Virus record (IMG/VR): IMGVR_UViG_3300025389_001172
Location: 64,001-128,000 of that record
From: a virus
Lineage: Duplodnaviria > Caudoviricetes
Length of the DNA stretch: 64,000 nt
Strand: one strand, 5' to 3'
Position 1 is the first letter of the stretch, and each line of letters begins with the position of its first letter. Of this stretch, positions 29,295 to 38,761 are shown piece after piece. Position numbers and translations under genes: made by a program. The notes below the pieces were generated by a model, which saw only the letters and a list, made by a program, of their open reading frames with translations, ran no database searches and was not told where the DNA came from.

Positions 29295-29551
29295 CTCATC
29301 AGGCTCCCTACAAACTCCACGGTGATCTGAGACTCAGGTATGACATCCCCTCCATGTTCCAATATAAACATAGTAGCATCTTTTTCACTGACAAAATGCC
29401 AGTCCATCCAATCTGTATCTATATTGGTCATGTATCTATCACCGGGCAGTCCGAACTGTTCAAAGGTGCGTGCCAAGATCTCATTCCACATGACATGCTC
29501 GTTGGCAGGATCATTGATCTCATTCCAATAGAGTCGCACAGTTGTGGTCAT
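29291..29551 (-). CDS. Divergent LRW-family protein
   Basis: EQFGLPGDRY...HFVSEKDATMFILE. Confidence 0.65.
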   Translation of the reverse strand: MTTTVRLYWNEINDPANEHVMWNEILARTFEQFGLPGDRYMTNIDTDWMDWHFVSEKDATMFILEHGGDVIPESQITVEFVGSLMR

Positions 29552-30372
29552 ACAGTAAACGAAAATCCAGGATCAAAATGGTCTGTGGGCTCATAGCCAA
29601 CATAGCCACGAGGATTACTGACAACACGAGTCTCACCGATATAATAACTTACCGGATCGTGCATATGGCCATGTACCCAAGTATGGATGTTGGGATTGTC
29701 CAGAATGAACTGATCCATGTTGCTGGAGTATCCACCATTCATAGTGGTATCATACCGATATTTCTCGTTGACACTCTGGAAGCTGGGAGAGTGATGAGTA
29801 ATCACAACAAAGGGCTTGTCACGGTTCAACTCCAATATGGTCTTGAAATACTGTTTGGTCTTGAAGTGTATCTCAGCAGTACGTTCCGGCGTCAGCTTGT
29901 GCCAGACGCTTCTATCAGGATAGAATTCTGTGATTGCCCTGTAGTCATTCATCCCCATCTTGAGATGCATGGCCGTGATTGGGTCGCCTCCATTGAGGTC
30001 GGTCCATAGGGTAGAGCCCATAAACATGACTCCACGATATTCTTCTACCTGATCCTCTAGCAGGGTCACGTTGGCTGGCAAGATCTTTAGGAGTTCATCG
30101 TAGGTCTTGTAGAGTTTGCCACCATAGTGCTCGTGATTGCCCATGACCATGAATACCTTGTCATATTTGGCGCATTCTACACGGAAGAATTCACTACAGG
30201 GAAATTCTCGATTGGGTTCTCCGGTTGGGTATAGAGTTTTGGTACTGTGGAATTCTGTGGTGAGCCTGCGAGCTTCGCAGACGTCACCGGCGAGAATTAA
30301 AACCTCCCCACCTGGGAGTTCGCAGTATCCACCAACATCTAGATGTAAATCACTTACCAAACTCACCTTCAT
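29548..30372 (-). CDS. Calcineurin-like metallophosphoesterase
   Basis: SDLH, LAGD, GNHE, THH, HGHMH, NPRGY. Confidence 0.9.
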   Translation of the reverse strand: MKVSLVSDLHLDVGGYCELPGGEVLILAGDVCEARRLTTEFHSTKTLYPTGEPNREFPCSEFFRVECAKYDKVFMVMGNHEHYGGKLYKTYDELLKILPANVTLLEDQVEEYRGVMFMGSTLWTDLNGGDPITAMHLKMGMNDYRAITEFYPDRSVWHKLTPERTAEIHFKTKQYFKTILELNRDKPFVVITHHSPSFQSVNEKYRYDTTMNGGYSSNMDQFILDNPNIHTWVHGHMHDPVSYYIGETRVVSNPRGYVGYEPTDHFDPGFSFTV

Positions 30373-30373
30373 A

Positions 30374-30640
30374 TCAACTCCACCTTAATCCAAAATGTGC
30401 GGCTTCTTTTTCAGAGCCAAAATAGATACGGATCCTACCGTTGTCGGCACTCATCCACGCCCACAGTGTATTCTTTTTACCAGTTTTATAGTAGTAGTCC
30501 AGCTCACAGCTAGGTCCCCAGGTTTCCCAGCACCACTGTCTGTGTTCTACAAATGTGTCGGCATCTTTATAGATATACTGAACCATATGGGTAAACGTAT
30601 CTCCACCTGAGTATTGACGTGTTAGTTTTTTGATCTTCAT
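30374..30640 (-). CDS. Small LRW-family protein, first gene of the array
   Basis: QWCWETWGP...IYFGSEKEAAHFGLRWS; ATG 6 nt after TATAAT. Confidence 0.75.
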   Translation of the reverse strand: MKIKKLTRQYSGGDTFTHMVQYIYKDADTFVEHRQWCWETWGPSCELDYYYKTGKKNTLWAWMSADNGRIRIYFGSEKEAAHFGLRWS

Positions 30641-30646
30641 ATTATT

Positions 30647-30675
30647 ATTATACAATCTTTTTGGTAAAAAGTCAA
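30647..30675 (-). promoter_or_regulatory. Sigma70-type promoter driving the LRW array
   Basis: TTGACT-N17-TATAAT. Confidence 0.75.
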
Positions 30676-30690
30676 CATATAAATATACTT

Positions 30691-30840
30691 ATGAACAACA
30701 ATGATGAGTACATTGAACCACCTCCAGAACCACTAACACAGGGAGAGTGGATCTTCTTCGGAATAGCACTCACTTTCCTATTTTTCGAACTATACTACAT
30801 GTGGACATGGTGCCAATGGATATCAAATTGCCCCAGATGA
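30691..30840 (+). CDS. Small membrane protein (49 aa, not in ORF track)
   Basis: MNNNDEYIEPPPEPLTQGEWIFFGIALTFLFFELYYMWTWCQWISNCPR; TATAAATA at 30678-30685 just upstream. Confidence 0.55.
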   Translation: MNNNDEYIEPPPEPLTQGEWIFFGIALTFLFFELYYMWTWCQWISNCPR

Positions 30841-30963
30841 ACAGAGAATTTTGGAAAGAAGCGGTAGATATCTGGACGGAAATACTAGCCGCACTCGCCG
30901 AAACTAGATAGTAATACCGGGAATCTCAACCGGATTTAATTTTTCTTTTTTAATTTTTACCGG

Positions 30964-31530
30964 TTAAACTGGTGGAGGTAAATTCTCAAGTCCTATTTTC
31001 TTTTGATGAGCTTCTTTTTTCTTTTTCTTTTCTTCTAACAGAGCTTGTTTTTCTTGTTTGGCATTTAGTCTTGCTTGACGAGCACGGGCGTTCTCTTCAG
31101 TCTTTCTACGTGCGGGTCCCATTGGTTTAAAATTATATCCATATTTGAGAGCATCTTTGCATTGTATATTCTGTTCTACAATATGACGTAGATCTTCACG
31201 TCCACATAGTAATCTTTCACGGCATAGATCTACATTATCGATCATTAGGTCAACGCCGTAGATGGTTCGGAGTGCCTGCTCAAACGTACTACCATTTTCC
31301 ATTTTACGGATTAGTACTTCCCCTAAAAACTGTCCGTCACCGCAACTCGGGTCAAGGAAGGTCTTTGCGGGATCTGTAAACTGCTCAGCAGGAATTTGTT
31401 CCAGCATCTCACGCACCAGTTCAGTAGGAGTAAAAACCTCACCAGTGGCCTTTACCCTCAGTTTATCACGTTCTACTCCACCCATATAGGCACGGTTGCG
31501 AATGTGATCTATAACTTCTTCAATTTTCAT
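30964..31530 (-). CDS. Short amino-methyltransferase subunit (SAM-binding half only)
   Basis: GEVFTP, TFLDPSCGDGQFL (motif I), IYGVDL, DAL; no NPPY/DPPY; Lys-rich tail. Confidence 0.8.
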   Translation of the reverse strand: MKIEEVIDHIRNRAYMGGVERDKLRVKATGEVFTPTELVREMLEQIPAEQFTDPAKTFLDPSCGDGQFLGEVLIRKMENGSTFEQALRTIYGVDLMIDNVDLCRERLLCGREDLRHIVEQNIQCKDALKYGYNFKPMGPARRKTEENARARQARLNAKQEKQALLEEKKKKKEAHQKKIGLENLPPPV

Positions 31531-34500
31531 TTATACCAGTTTTTCTTAAAAGACTTAAACATTCCATAATCTGTATAGTAAGTATTCCATTTAGTAGATG
31601 CAATTAATCTCTTGCCTTTGTCACTATTAAGAAACTCTATAATTTCTTCTCCTTCTTCTTCAGAAGAAATAGGAATACCAAATGTAAGTTGACTCATACC
31701 GTACTCACCCTTAAAATCGTTGTAAGGATATTGGAGTTCATTCTGATTTAACAGAACCTTTGCTACACCAAAATGTGTAGTGTCATTTTCTTGTGACTTA
31801 TCAAAGTATTTTATACCAAGGCCGGATTTATTAATAGTATGTACAACTTGATACTTGTAATCTTTTGTTTGAACATCACTGTGTTTCTTTTGTGTATGAT
31901 AGAAGGTATTATACAACACTGATGTCCCTTTTCCTAACAATTGAGAAATCTCATCAATTGCATAGTTAGGGAGCCAATCAAAATTGACAAGATCTAAATC
32001 ATGTGTAACGCCTTCGTGATCTACTACAATTGTATTTTTGTATTTTGCCTTCTTTTGTAAAATATAATAATCAACACGTACCCCAATACCAAACCAATCT
32101 TGATCTCCTTTGCCAGAACTCATTACAAGTTTTTCCATCTGGTTATCTTGTGTAAGCAATTTCCAAAAGTCATTTCGGTCTTCAGGTTTACGCCAAGCAT
32201 TGGGATGGATAAAAGCAAAGTGTCCGTTATCTTTCAATAGAGAAAGTCCTTTGTTTACAAACTCTGCCCACAACTCAGATGCGCCGCGGCTACCCATTCT
32301 ACTATCAGATTTAGGTTTTTGGTAAGGCGGATTGCCTATAATAACGTCAAATTCCATATTAATTTCTTCCCATTTAAAAGTTTCAAAACCTAGTCTTTCT
32401 AGGTGACTCCTGAAGTATTCAAACTGTTCGCCGCACACTATACGAGCAAGTGGGAATCTTTCACGTAGCATCAACGGAATAGTTCCATTTAACGCATTAG
32501 GAACAAGAATAGTAACATCTTCCTTATTATATTTATTTTTAGGAAGATTGTCAACTAATTGTTTAGCTAATTGAAATGGAACATATACTAAACCAATATC
32601 TCTTTTGTAATCGTTGTTTAAAAAGATATCGTCATACACTTCAATTGGTGCTAATCCTTTGTATGCTAACTGTTTGTCATTTAAATTCTTAACAACCATG
32701 TCCTTAATAACGGCATCGTTCTCAATGGTATCAATGACTACGTCAATTTCCTCAGGAAACATTTTAGCCAACACAGGATTGTTTAAAACTACAGAATAAT
32801 CATAATTGACAATGCTGTAGGCAATCCACTTAGCCTCAACCATCACCGTTTGAATAGCGTTAGCAATTTGCGTAATAGTGTTTAACTCTTCCTTAGTATA
32901 GGGCTTTCCTGTTTTTGGATTATCACCTAATTTAGTTTTTACCTTAGAACCATTATCTTTGGTCACGCCCGCCTTAGGAGCAGACTTCTTAAACTTTTTT
33001 GTGTCAAGGTCCTCCCACGCAGAAAGGTCCATTGCTACCAGACGAGTTTCCAACGAGGCCGAAGGAAGTCGATCCTTACTACGATTCTTTAAAAATTCTT
33101 GTACTTCTGCTAAAATAGAGTCTGGATTAATCTTCAGAGGACCACCGGTTGTATATTCAGTAAGTGGAATACATTCAAGCATCTCGTACTCGGTACCACC
33201 ATTAAGGGCAATAGCATTCATCTTGGCCATTCTACCCATAGTAAGGCCAATCTCCATAGCAGGAGCAAAGCAATACATTTTAACTTCATCCTTGCCTGGA
33301 TACTCGCGGATCATACGACCCAGCAGTTGTTCAAAGTTAGCAATGTTATTCATCTTGGCCATTAGCACAATATGGCCGAGTGCAGGAATGTCTGTCCCTG
33401 TTAGGAACTTGCCACAAGTAAGGATGACAACACGACCGTGTTGCTTAACCAAAGATTCAATGTACTTGCCAATAGTTGTAGTTTTTGGACATTCTTTCTC
33501 TAGTGTATAACTATCAGTGAAATATGTCTTACTGTTAGTGTTAAGCAAGGCTGCAAGATCTGGAATGTAATCTGCGGCGCCATCGCCGTCTTGGCCTTCA
33601 GGCAGTACCCAAAAGCCGCAAGTCGTAGCAACATCGCTAAGTTCTTTGTCATTGACAATGCTCAGAGGATTCTTTTTCTTAGAAGAGGTATCGTGATACA
33701 TTTTGTCACGGATATCTAGCAGTTCTGCCCTAAGAACAAATTTGTCATTGTTTCGAACAAACAACTTGCGTGGATCAAATCCTTCTTCTTCTGAATACAT
33801 TGCCGCAATCTTAGAACTTACATTAGATAATGGTGTACTAACAGCATCAATACGGATAGTAGGAAGTTTAGTATACTCTTTATATTTTAAACCCCATAAC
33901 AAAGTGCGACTAACAATTTGTTCCCAGTTGTATTTGTCTAATACATTATAAGGAGTAGCAGTAAGGTCAAGCTCATATTCTGCTGTCATATTAGCAAGAC
34001 GCTGACTAGTTACCTCACCACCATACTGTGCGTGACGTTCATCGCGAATCCAAAGATTAACATTACCGCTAAGTGCGTGATATTTGGCACGGAGCTCTTT
34101 AGTATCTGCGTCAACCGTGCTGTTGGCATCTTCGCCATATCGAAGATCTTGTACAGTGAGCACAACAAAAATTAACTCGTCGTTGTCGGCAAGTTGACGT
34201 AAATCTGTAACAGAGTGTTTAGCAAACTCTATACTATCCATATAGGTAACTTTAAGATTACGACTGGCACCAAAGTGGAAGTCGTTAATGTTTTCTTCAA
34301 ACGATTTTTTAGTGTCTGTAATAGGAGTAGTAACTAATACAATACCGCCCCTTTGGCAAAGGCGAAATGCGACTTCAATACTAATTTTCGTCTTGCCTCG
34401 GCTAGTATATGCGGCATACAAACAAAGACGATGTTGGATAAGACGTTCATAAATCTCTTCAATATCTTCTTCTTGTTTGAAACGCCAAATAATAGGATCT

Positions 34501-34961
34501 TTGGTATCAAAAGATTCCTTAAGATTAAAATATTGTTTAATCACATCTATCAGAATAGACAGATGACCTACTCTATCATATCCGATTAGAGCTTCACTAT
34601 TTGTATTTTCTTCTTGGATAGATCCCACATTGGCTCTAAATGGAATACGATTTTTCTTATATAGATTGTTAATGAGTATCCGTACGCTGTCGTCTTGATC
34701 AGAATCAATAGTAGCAGATTTATCAAAAACAAAAAGATCATTGGCAATAAAATCAGTTGACATAGCAGACTTCATTCCCCCGTATCTACGTTCAAACGCT
34801 TCGGCTGGAGTTAACCCTGCATAACTTTCAGCAGTGGCTTTTCCGAGTTTATCTCGGGCCACATATAAGATACCTTGATCTTTTGTAAGGCATCCATTAT
34901 TATGATTATTAGAAAGCCAGTGTACTTTGGCCTGGGAACCATCTACTATAACACTCATCAA
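31527..34961 (-). CDS. Restriction-modification-like fusion: SF2 helicase-like ATPase + N6-adenine MTase catalytic/TRD region
   Basis: AYTSRGKT, IRDERH, LTATPY, TGTDIP, QLLGRMIR; FDVIIGNPPY; degenerate motif I (ILVPNALNG). Confidence 0.75.
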   Translation of the reverse strand: MMSVIVDGSQAKVHWLSNNHNNGCLTKDQGILYVARDKLGKATAESYAGLTPAEAFERRYGGMKSAMSTDFIANDLFVFDKSATIDSDQDDSVRILINNLYKKNRIPFRANVGSIQEENTNSEALIGYDRVGHLSILIDVIKQYFNLKESFDTKDPIIWRFKQEEDIEEIYERLIQHRLCLYAAYTSRGKTKISIEVAFRLCQRGGIVLVTTPITDTKKSFEENINDFHFGASRNLKVTYMDSIEFAKHSVTDLRQLADNDELIFVVLTVQDLRYGEDANSTVDADTKELRAKYHALSGNVNLWIRDERHAQYGGEVTSQRLANMTAEYELDLTATPYNVLDKYNWEQIVSRTLLWGLKYKEYTKLPTIRIDAVSTPLSNVSSKIAAMYSEEEGFDPRKLFVRNNDKFVLRAELLDIRDKMYHDTSSKKKNPLSIVNDKELSDVATTCGFWVLPEGQDGDGAADYIPDLAALLNTNSKTYFTDSYTLEKECPKTTTIGKYIESLVKQHGRVVILTCGKFLTGTDIPALGHIVLMAKMNNIANFEQLLGRMIREYPGKDEVKMYCFAPAMEIGLTMGRMAKMNAIALNGGTEYEMLECIPLTEYTTGGPLKINPDSILAEVQEFLKNRSKDRLPSASLETRLVAMDLSAWEDLDTKKFKKSAPKAGVTKDNGSKVKTKLGDNPKTGKPYTKEELNTITQIANAIQTVMVEAKWIAYSIVNYDYSVVLNNPVLAKMFPEEIDVVIDTIENDAVIKDMVVKNLNDKQLAYKGLAPIEVYDDIFLNNDYKRDIGLVYVPFQLAKQLVDNLPKNKYNKEDVTILVPNALNGTIPLMLRERFPLARIVCGEQFEYFRSHLERLGFETFKWEEINMEFDVIIGNPPYQKPKSDSRMGSRGASELWAEFVNKGLSLLKDNGHFAFIHPNAWRKPEDRNDFWKLLTQDNQMEKLVMSSGKGDQDWFGIGVRVDYYILQKKAKYKNTIVVDHEGVTHDLDLVNFDWLPNYAIDEISQLLGKGTSVLYNTFYHTQKKHSDVQTKDYKYQVVHTINKSGLGIKYFDKSQENDTTHFGVAKVLLNQNELQYPYNDFKGEYGMSQLTFGIPISSEEEGEEIIEFLNSDKGKRLIASTKWNTYYTDYGMFKSFKKNWYK

Positions 34962-34986
34962 ATACCTTTCTTTTTAATGTAATAAT

Positions 34987-35015
34987 ATTATACTATGGTT
35001 TTACCACGTAGTCAA
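34987..35015 (-). promoter_or_regulatory. Sigma70-type promoter of the R-M-like operon
   Basis: TTGACT-N17-TATAAT. Confidence 0.75.
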
Positions 35016-35546
35016 CTATTTTGGACGAATCTTTAATTTGGCATATATGTTCTGTACACCAACAGCCTGCCGGATAGCATCTTGTAGAGCATCATGTTTA
35101 CTAGCCTGCGGCATATCTGGATCATAGCCCAAATCAAATATAGTGCGTGTATCACGTATCTGCCAGAACTGCCAAGGCGGAGTCCTTTCCAACTGTCTGT
35201 AGATGTCCTCTATGATAGCGATATCGAATATGCTACCGTGGCTCCAAAAAGCATCACAGCCCCATGCGAACTTGTGGAATCGATCTATAGCTTCTGCCAG
35301 AGGTACCCGATCGTTGGGACTGAATGCTTCTTCCATGATAGCAGGATCCTGCCGAGCCCACCAGTCCAATGTGTTTGGATCCACTTCACGACCTAGCTTG
35401 TCCTGATCGTCTATATCTACTCGAAAGTAGAGTGTTTCTCCATAGCCATTTCCCCATGGATTGAATTTAACTGCTCCTAGTGTGAGTACCGTGGCTTTTG
35501 GTGTAACGGCCATAGTTTCTAGGTCTACCATTAAGTGTGTTGGCAT
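35016..35546 (-). CDS. DEDD 3'-5' exonuclease (Rv2179c/DexA-like)
   Basis: MVDLET, WSHGSIFD, RDTRT, HDALQDA. Confidence 0.85.
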   Translation of the reverse strand: MPTHLMVDLETMAVTPKATVLTLGAVKFNPWGNGYGETLYFRVDIDDQDKLGREVDPNTLDWWARQDPAIMEEAFSPNDRVPLAEAIDRFHKFAWGCDAFWSHGSIFDIAIIEDIYRQLERTPPWQFWQIRDTRTIFDLGYDPDMPQASKHDALQDAIRQAVGVQNIYAKLKIRPK

Positions 35547-35572
35547 AAAATACTTTCTGTATATAAAACTAT

Positions 35573-35601
35573 ATTATACCGGAAAATTTGGTAAATGTCA
35601 A
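35573..35601 (-). promoter_or_regulatory. Consensus sigma70 promoter
   Basis: TTGACA-N17-TATAAT. Confidence 0.8.
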
Positions 35602-35837
35602 TACATCTTTTTGGGTAATTGTTGATCTCTCAGCTTCTTCTTCCAACGTGCCTTGGCCGCTCCTTTGGCTCTTTTTCTCTTGGTAGTGGGTTTTTCGTAG
35701 AACATCTTGGCCTTGACATCTTCCAATTTTCCACTGTCATCTACCCGCTGTTTGAATTTGCGGAGAGCGGTGTTTATGGGCATGTCACCCACGATGATCT
35801 TGATACCGCGTACTGCCTCTTTGTTATTTCTGCTCAT
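35598..35837 (-). CDS. rpsU: Ribosomal protein bS21
   Basis: INTALRKFKQRV..SGKL..VKAKMFYEKPTTKRKRAKGAAKAR. Confidence 0.85.
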   Translation of the reverse strand: MSRNNKEAVRGIKIIVGDMPINTALRKFKQRVDDSGKLEDVKAKMFYEKPTTKRKRAKGAAKARWKKKLRDQQLPKKMY

Positions 35838-37056
35838 TAATCTTTGCTTTTTTATCGAATACCATGATGGCCGGACTGCCATTTATCGTATCTTTATTTA
35901 CTACTATTTTGGTTAAACCACGTGCAACTAGGTTTTGAGCGTCAAATTGATAGGGCAACAGGGTCTTTTCTATGATATTTTTTAGTCCACGAGCATTGGT
36001 TTTCAACTCTTTGGCACGTTGGGCTATTTCTTCTAGAGCAGAGTCTTCAAATTCTAGATCTATACCGTCCAGCTCAAAGATGTATTGATACTGTTTTACG
36101 ATACTGTTTTTGGGTTCCTTGAGTATCTGTATGAGTTCTGGAATACTTAATTCTTCCACGGTCACAGTCAACCCAAAACGACCAACAAATTCTGGAATAA
36201 ATCCATATTTGATTATGTCTTTGGTGGTGGTCATATTATATACATTATCAGTATCGGGTGTTTCTGATACATTGTCCAAAAAACCAATACTGCGTCTGTT
36301 GAGTCGTTGCTCTATGATTTTATCCAAACCTACAAATGCTCCCCCGCAGATAAACAGGATTCCTTCTGTATTGATCTCCTGCATGTCTGATCCAGGGTGT
36401 TTACGTTTACCTGTACTAGGTACCCGCATGATAGATCCTTCGATCATTTTTAGCAGAGCCTGCTGTACGCCTTCTCCACTAACGTCTCGGGTGATGCTGA
36501 CATTCTCACCTTTACGTGCGATCTTATCGATTTCATCTATATAGACTATGCCACGTTCGGCCTTGTCTAGATCTCCATCTGCGGCTGAGATCAATCTGTT
36601 GAGTATGCTCTCTACATCATCACCTACATAGCCCGCTTCGGTTATCCCTGTAGCATCACAGATAGCGAATGGTACATCTAGGTATTCGGCTATCTTGCGG
36701 ACCATCATGGTCTTGCCACAGCCTGTAGGGCCCAACATGAGCACGTTAGTCTTTTCTAATCGGATCTTTTTACTGGGATTGTTGATACGTTTGAAATGCT
36801 GTGCCACTGCCACACACAGGGCAATCTTGGCCTCATCCTGTCCTACCACATACTCATCTAGATAATCTTTCAGCTTGGTGGGATTGACGGTGATCTTGTC
36901 TGCAGGAAACTTTTTAATTTTCTCATCTTCCAAGATGTTGACACACAGTACCACACAGTCATTGCAGATACTAGAGTTATCACCCACGATGAGTTTTTCT
37001 ACATCCTCTTTGCTCTTACCGCAGAAATGACAGCTATGGTTTAGTTGTTTGCTCAC
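35824..37056 (-). CDS. clpX: ATP-dependent Clp protease ATPase ClpX
   Basis: CHFCGK..ICNDC zinc domain, GPTGCGKT, AGYVGDDVE, RDVSGEGVQQALLK, RKHP, IGF loop. Confidence 0.96.
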   Translation of the reverse strand: MSKQLNHSCHFCGKSKEDVEKLIVGDNSSICNDCVVLCVNILEDEKIKKFPADKITVNPTKLKDYLDEYVVGQDEAKIALCVAVAQHFKRINNPSKKIRLEKTNVLMLGPTGCGKTMMVRKIAEYLDVPFAICDATGITEAGYVGDDVESILNRLISAADGDLDKAERGIVYIDEIDKIARKGENVSITRDVSGEGVQQALLKMIEGSIMRVPSTGKRKHPGSDMQEINTEGILFICGGAFVGLDKIIEQRLNRRSIGFLDNVSETPDTDNVYNMTTTKDIIKYGFIPEFVGRFGLTVTVEELSIPELIQILKEPKNSIVKQYQYIFELDGIDLEFEDSALEEIAQRAKELKTNARGLKNIIEKTLLPYQFDAQNLVARGLTKIVVNKDTINGSPAIMVFDKKAKINEQK

Positions 37057-37438
37057 CTAACGCTCTTTCTAAAAATTGATCTACAGACGCCACACGATTA
37101 GGGTTAATATGACTGTATACCGCGGCGATGTTTTCATCTCGTGTTTCATAACACACACCACTCTTGCCTATAGCATAGCCCATGATCGCTTGAGAAATAT
37201 CATTTACCCCGTCTACATTTATGTACTTATACTCACATCGATTCAGTGCGTATAAAAACCAACCCATGTTGGCTTCTCCGTTGTAGACATAGATATTGAT
37301 GTCCTCATCTAAGGCACTGGTCTTTAACCAACGGCTCACTGCATCTTGTCCAGAGTCATCTAAATGCACGAACAGAATGCTGAGATTACTGTTTTCAAAA
37401 ATATCAGGTGGGGTTACCAGTGTTATACTGCCCTGCAT
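37034..37438 (-). CDS. Hypothetical protein
   Basis: ORF track; fits the operon. Confidence 0.65.
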   Translation of the reverse strand: MQGSITLVTPPDIFENSNLSILFVHLDDSGQDAVSRWLKTSALDEDINIYVYNGEANMGWFLYALNRCEYKYINVDGVNDISQAIMGYAIGKSGVCYETRDENIAAVYSHINPNRVASVDQFLERALGEQTTKP

Positions 37439-37439
37439 A

Positions 37440-38753
37440 TTATAAACGAGCCTTGACTCTGTCGACTAGTTCAGCTGGTACTTCGTTCATGTGCATACGG
37501 CCCGCACGGATGTTGGCGGCTAGATATATCACATGGTCCTCATCGTCGGGCAATGGGGCACCTTCTGTGGTGGCGGTGGTCCAGATATTGCTTTCAGTCT
37601 GTTCCTCATTCTGCACATAGCCTTCTGGTTTGGTGGGAGGTGGAAACACCTTCATTTTCACCACACGGGATTCCTCTGTGGCCATGACAGGCTGTGGAGG
37701 GGCAGATACAGTCTGTGCAGATTCCGCAGATCGATCATTGGCCTTCCAGGTTTTTATGAACTCGTCGGCTGCCTTAAATAGATGTTCTTGGGCGAGGATC
37801 TCACCCTGGGCTCTATGCAGTTCTGCATCTGCTTCTAGGGCACTGATCTGTTCTGGAGTAAGTGGGCCATCGTCCGGCTCGTATGTGAATGCAGGACCAG
37901 TCTGAACCCATTCGCCGTTGGGCATACGCACACCTTCGAAATCCATATGGACAGGTTTACTAGGTTCTGGTTGATATTCTCTAAATCTTTGAAAACTGTA
38001 TTGGCTGGCCAATAGGAGCACGATAGCTAGGGGATCTAGAACCACCACGATCAATATGCTGACCCAGCTGACTGCTTTTTCTAATATGTTAGCGTCTGGA
38101 TTGCTACCATAGACGAATGATGCTATATACTTTATCGGTCCAACCTCAGCTTCCACTTTCCTAACTTCTGCGGCAATTGGCGCTCTTTCTTCGTTAAGAG
38201 CGGTAATCCGTTGCTGACTTGCTGATATGTCCGCAAGCAGGCGAGCACGTTCTTTCTGCTGGCTTCTGCGTATATCGACGGATCTGGCCGCCCCACCTTC
38301 CGACGTTGAGCGTGCCATGACTTGGTCCACCGCCTCATCCATCTGTTTGAGTGCCTTGCGATCTGCATCTATATTGTCCTTTTCAGTTTTGATCTTTTCA
38401 TCATATACCGCTATCTTAGCCTGCACGTCACCTGATACCAGACTTTGATCTGAGTGTGCCTTGCTCAAGAAACCAAACACACCTACTGAGGTAATCAGCA
38501 TCAGCAAAGCGATAGCTGGTAGGATATAGGCCTTGAGAAAAGCCGGAGACCAATCCCAGTTCTGCTTGACCCATACTGTGGCTGAAAGTTTGCCAACACC
38601 TAATACAGCACCCATGACTATGATGGGAATCAGTGCGGCTGGATAGATAGCTATCAGCCCCATTATAGAGTAGAACTCGGCGATACAGCTAATCGCTATG
38701 CCACTGACTAATGCTAGCCAGGCAATGAATTTATCATTGAATGTTGGTTTCAT
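37440..38753 (-). CDS. Multi-TM membrane protein with coiled coil
   Basis: Three N-terminal TMs, coiled coil, EVGPIKYIA, fourth TM with DPLA. Confidence 0.7.
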   Translation of the reverse strand: MKPTFNDKFIAWLALVSGIAISCIAEFYSIMGLIAIYPAALIPIIVMGAVLGVGKLSATVWVKQNWDWSPAFLKAYILPAIALLMLITSVGVFGFLSKAHSDQSLVSGDVQAKIAVYDEKIKTEKDNIDADRKALKQMDEAVDQVMARSTSEGGAARSVDIRRSQQKERARLLADISASQQRITALNEERAPIAAEVRKVEAEVGPIKYIASFVYGSNPDANILEKAVSWVSILIVVVLDPLAIVLLLASQYSFQRFREYQPEPSKPVHMDFEGVRMPNGEWVQTGPAFTYEPDDGPLTPEQISALEADAELHRAQGEILAQEHLFKAADEFIKTWKANDRSAESAQTVSAPPQPVMATEESRVVKMKVFPPPTKPEGYVQNEEQTESNIWTTATTEGAPLPDDEDHVIYLAANIRAGRMHMNEVPAELVDRVKARL

Positions 38754-38761
38754 AGATCTAT

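Noticed and set aside
27037-30640. CRISPR array or integron attC-like repeats
   Set aside because: The repeats are degenerate, coding and irregularly spaced, lack palindromic attC structure, and no cas or integrase gene is in the window
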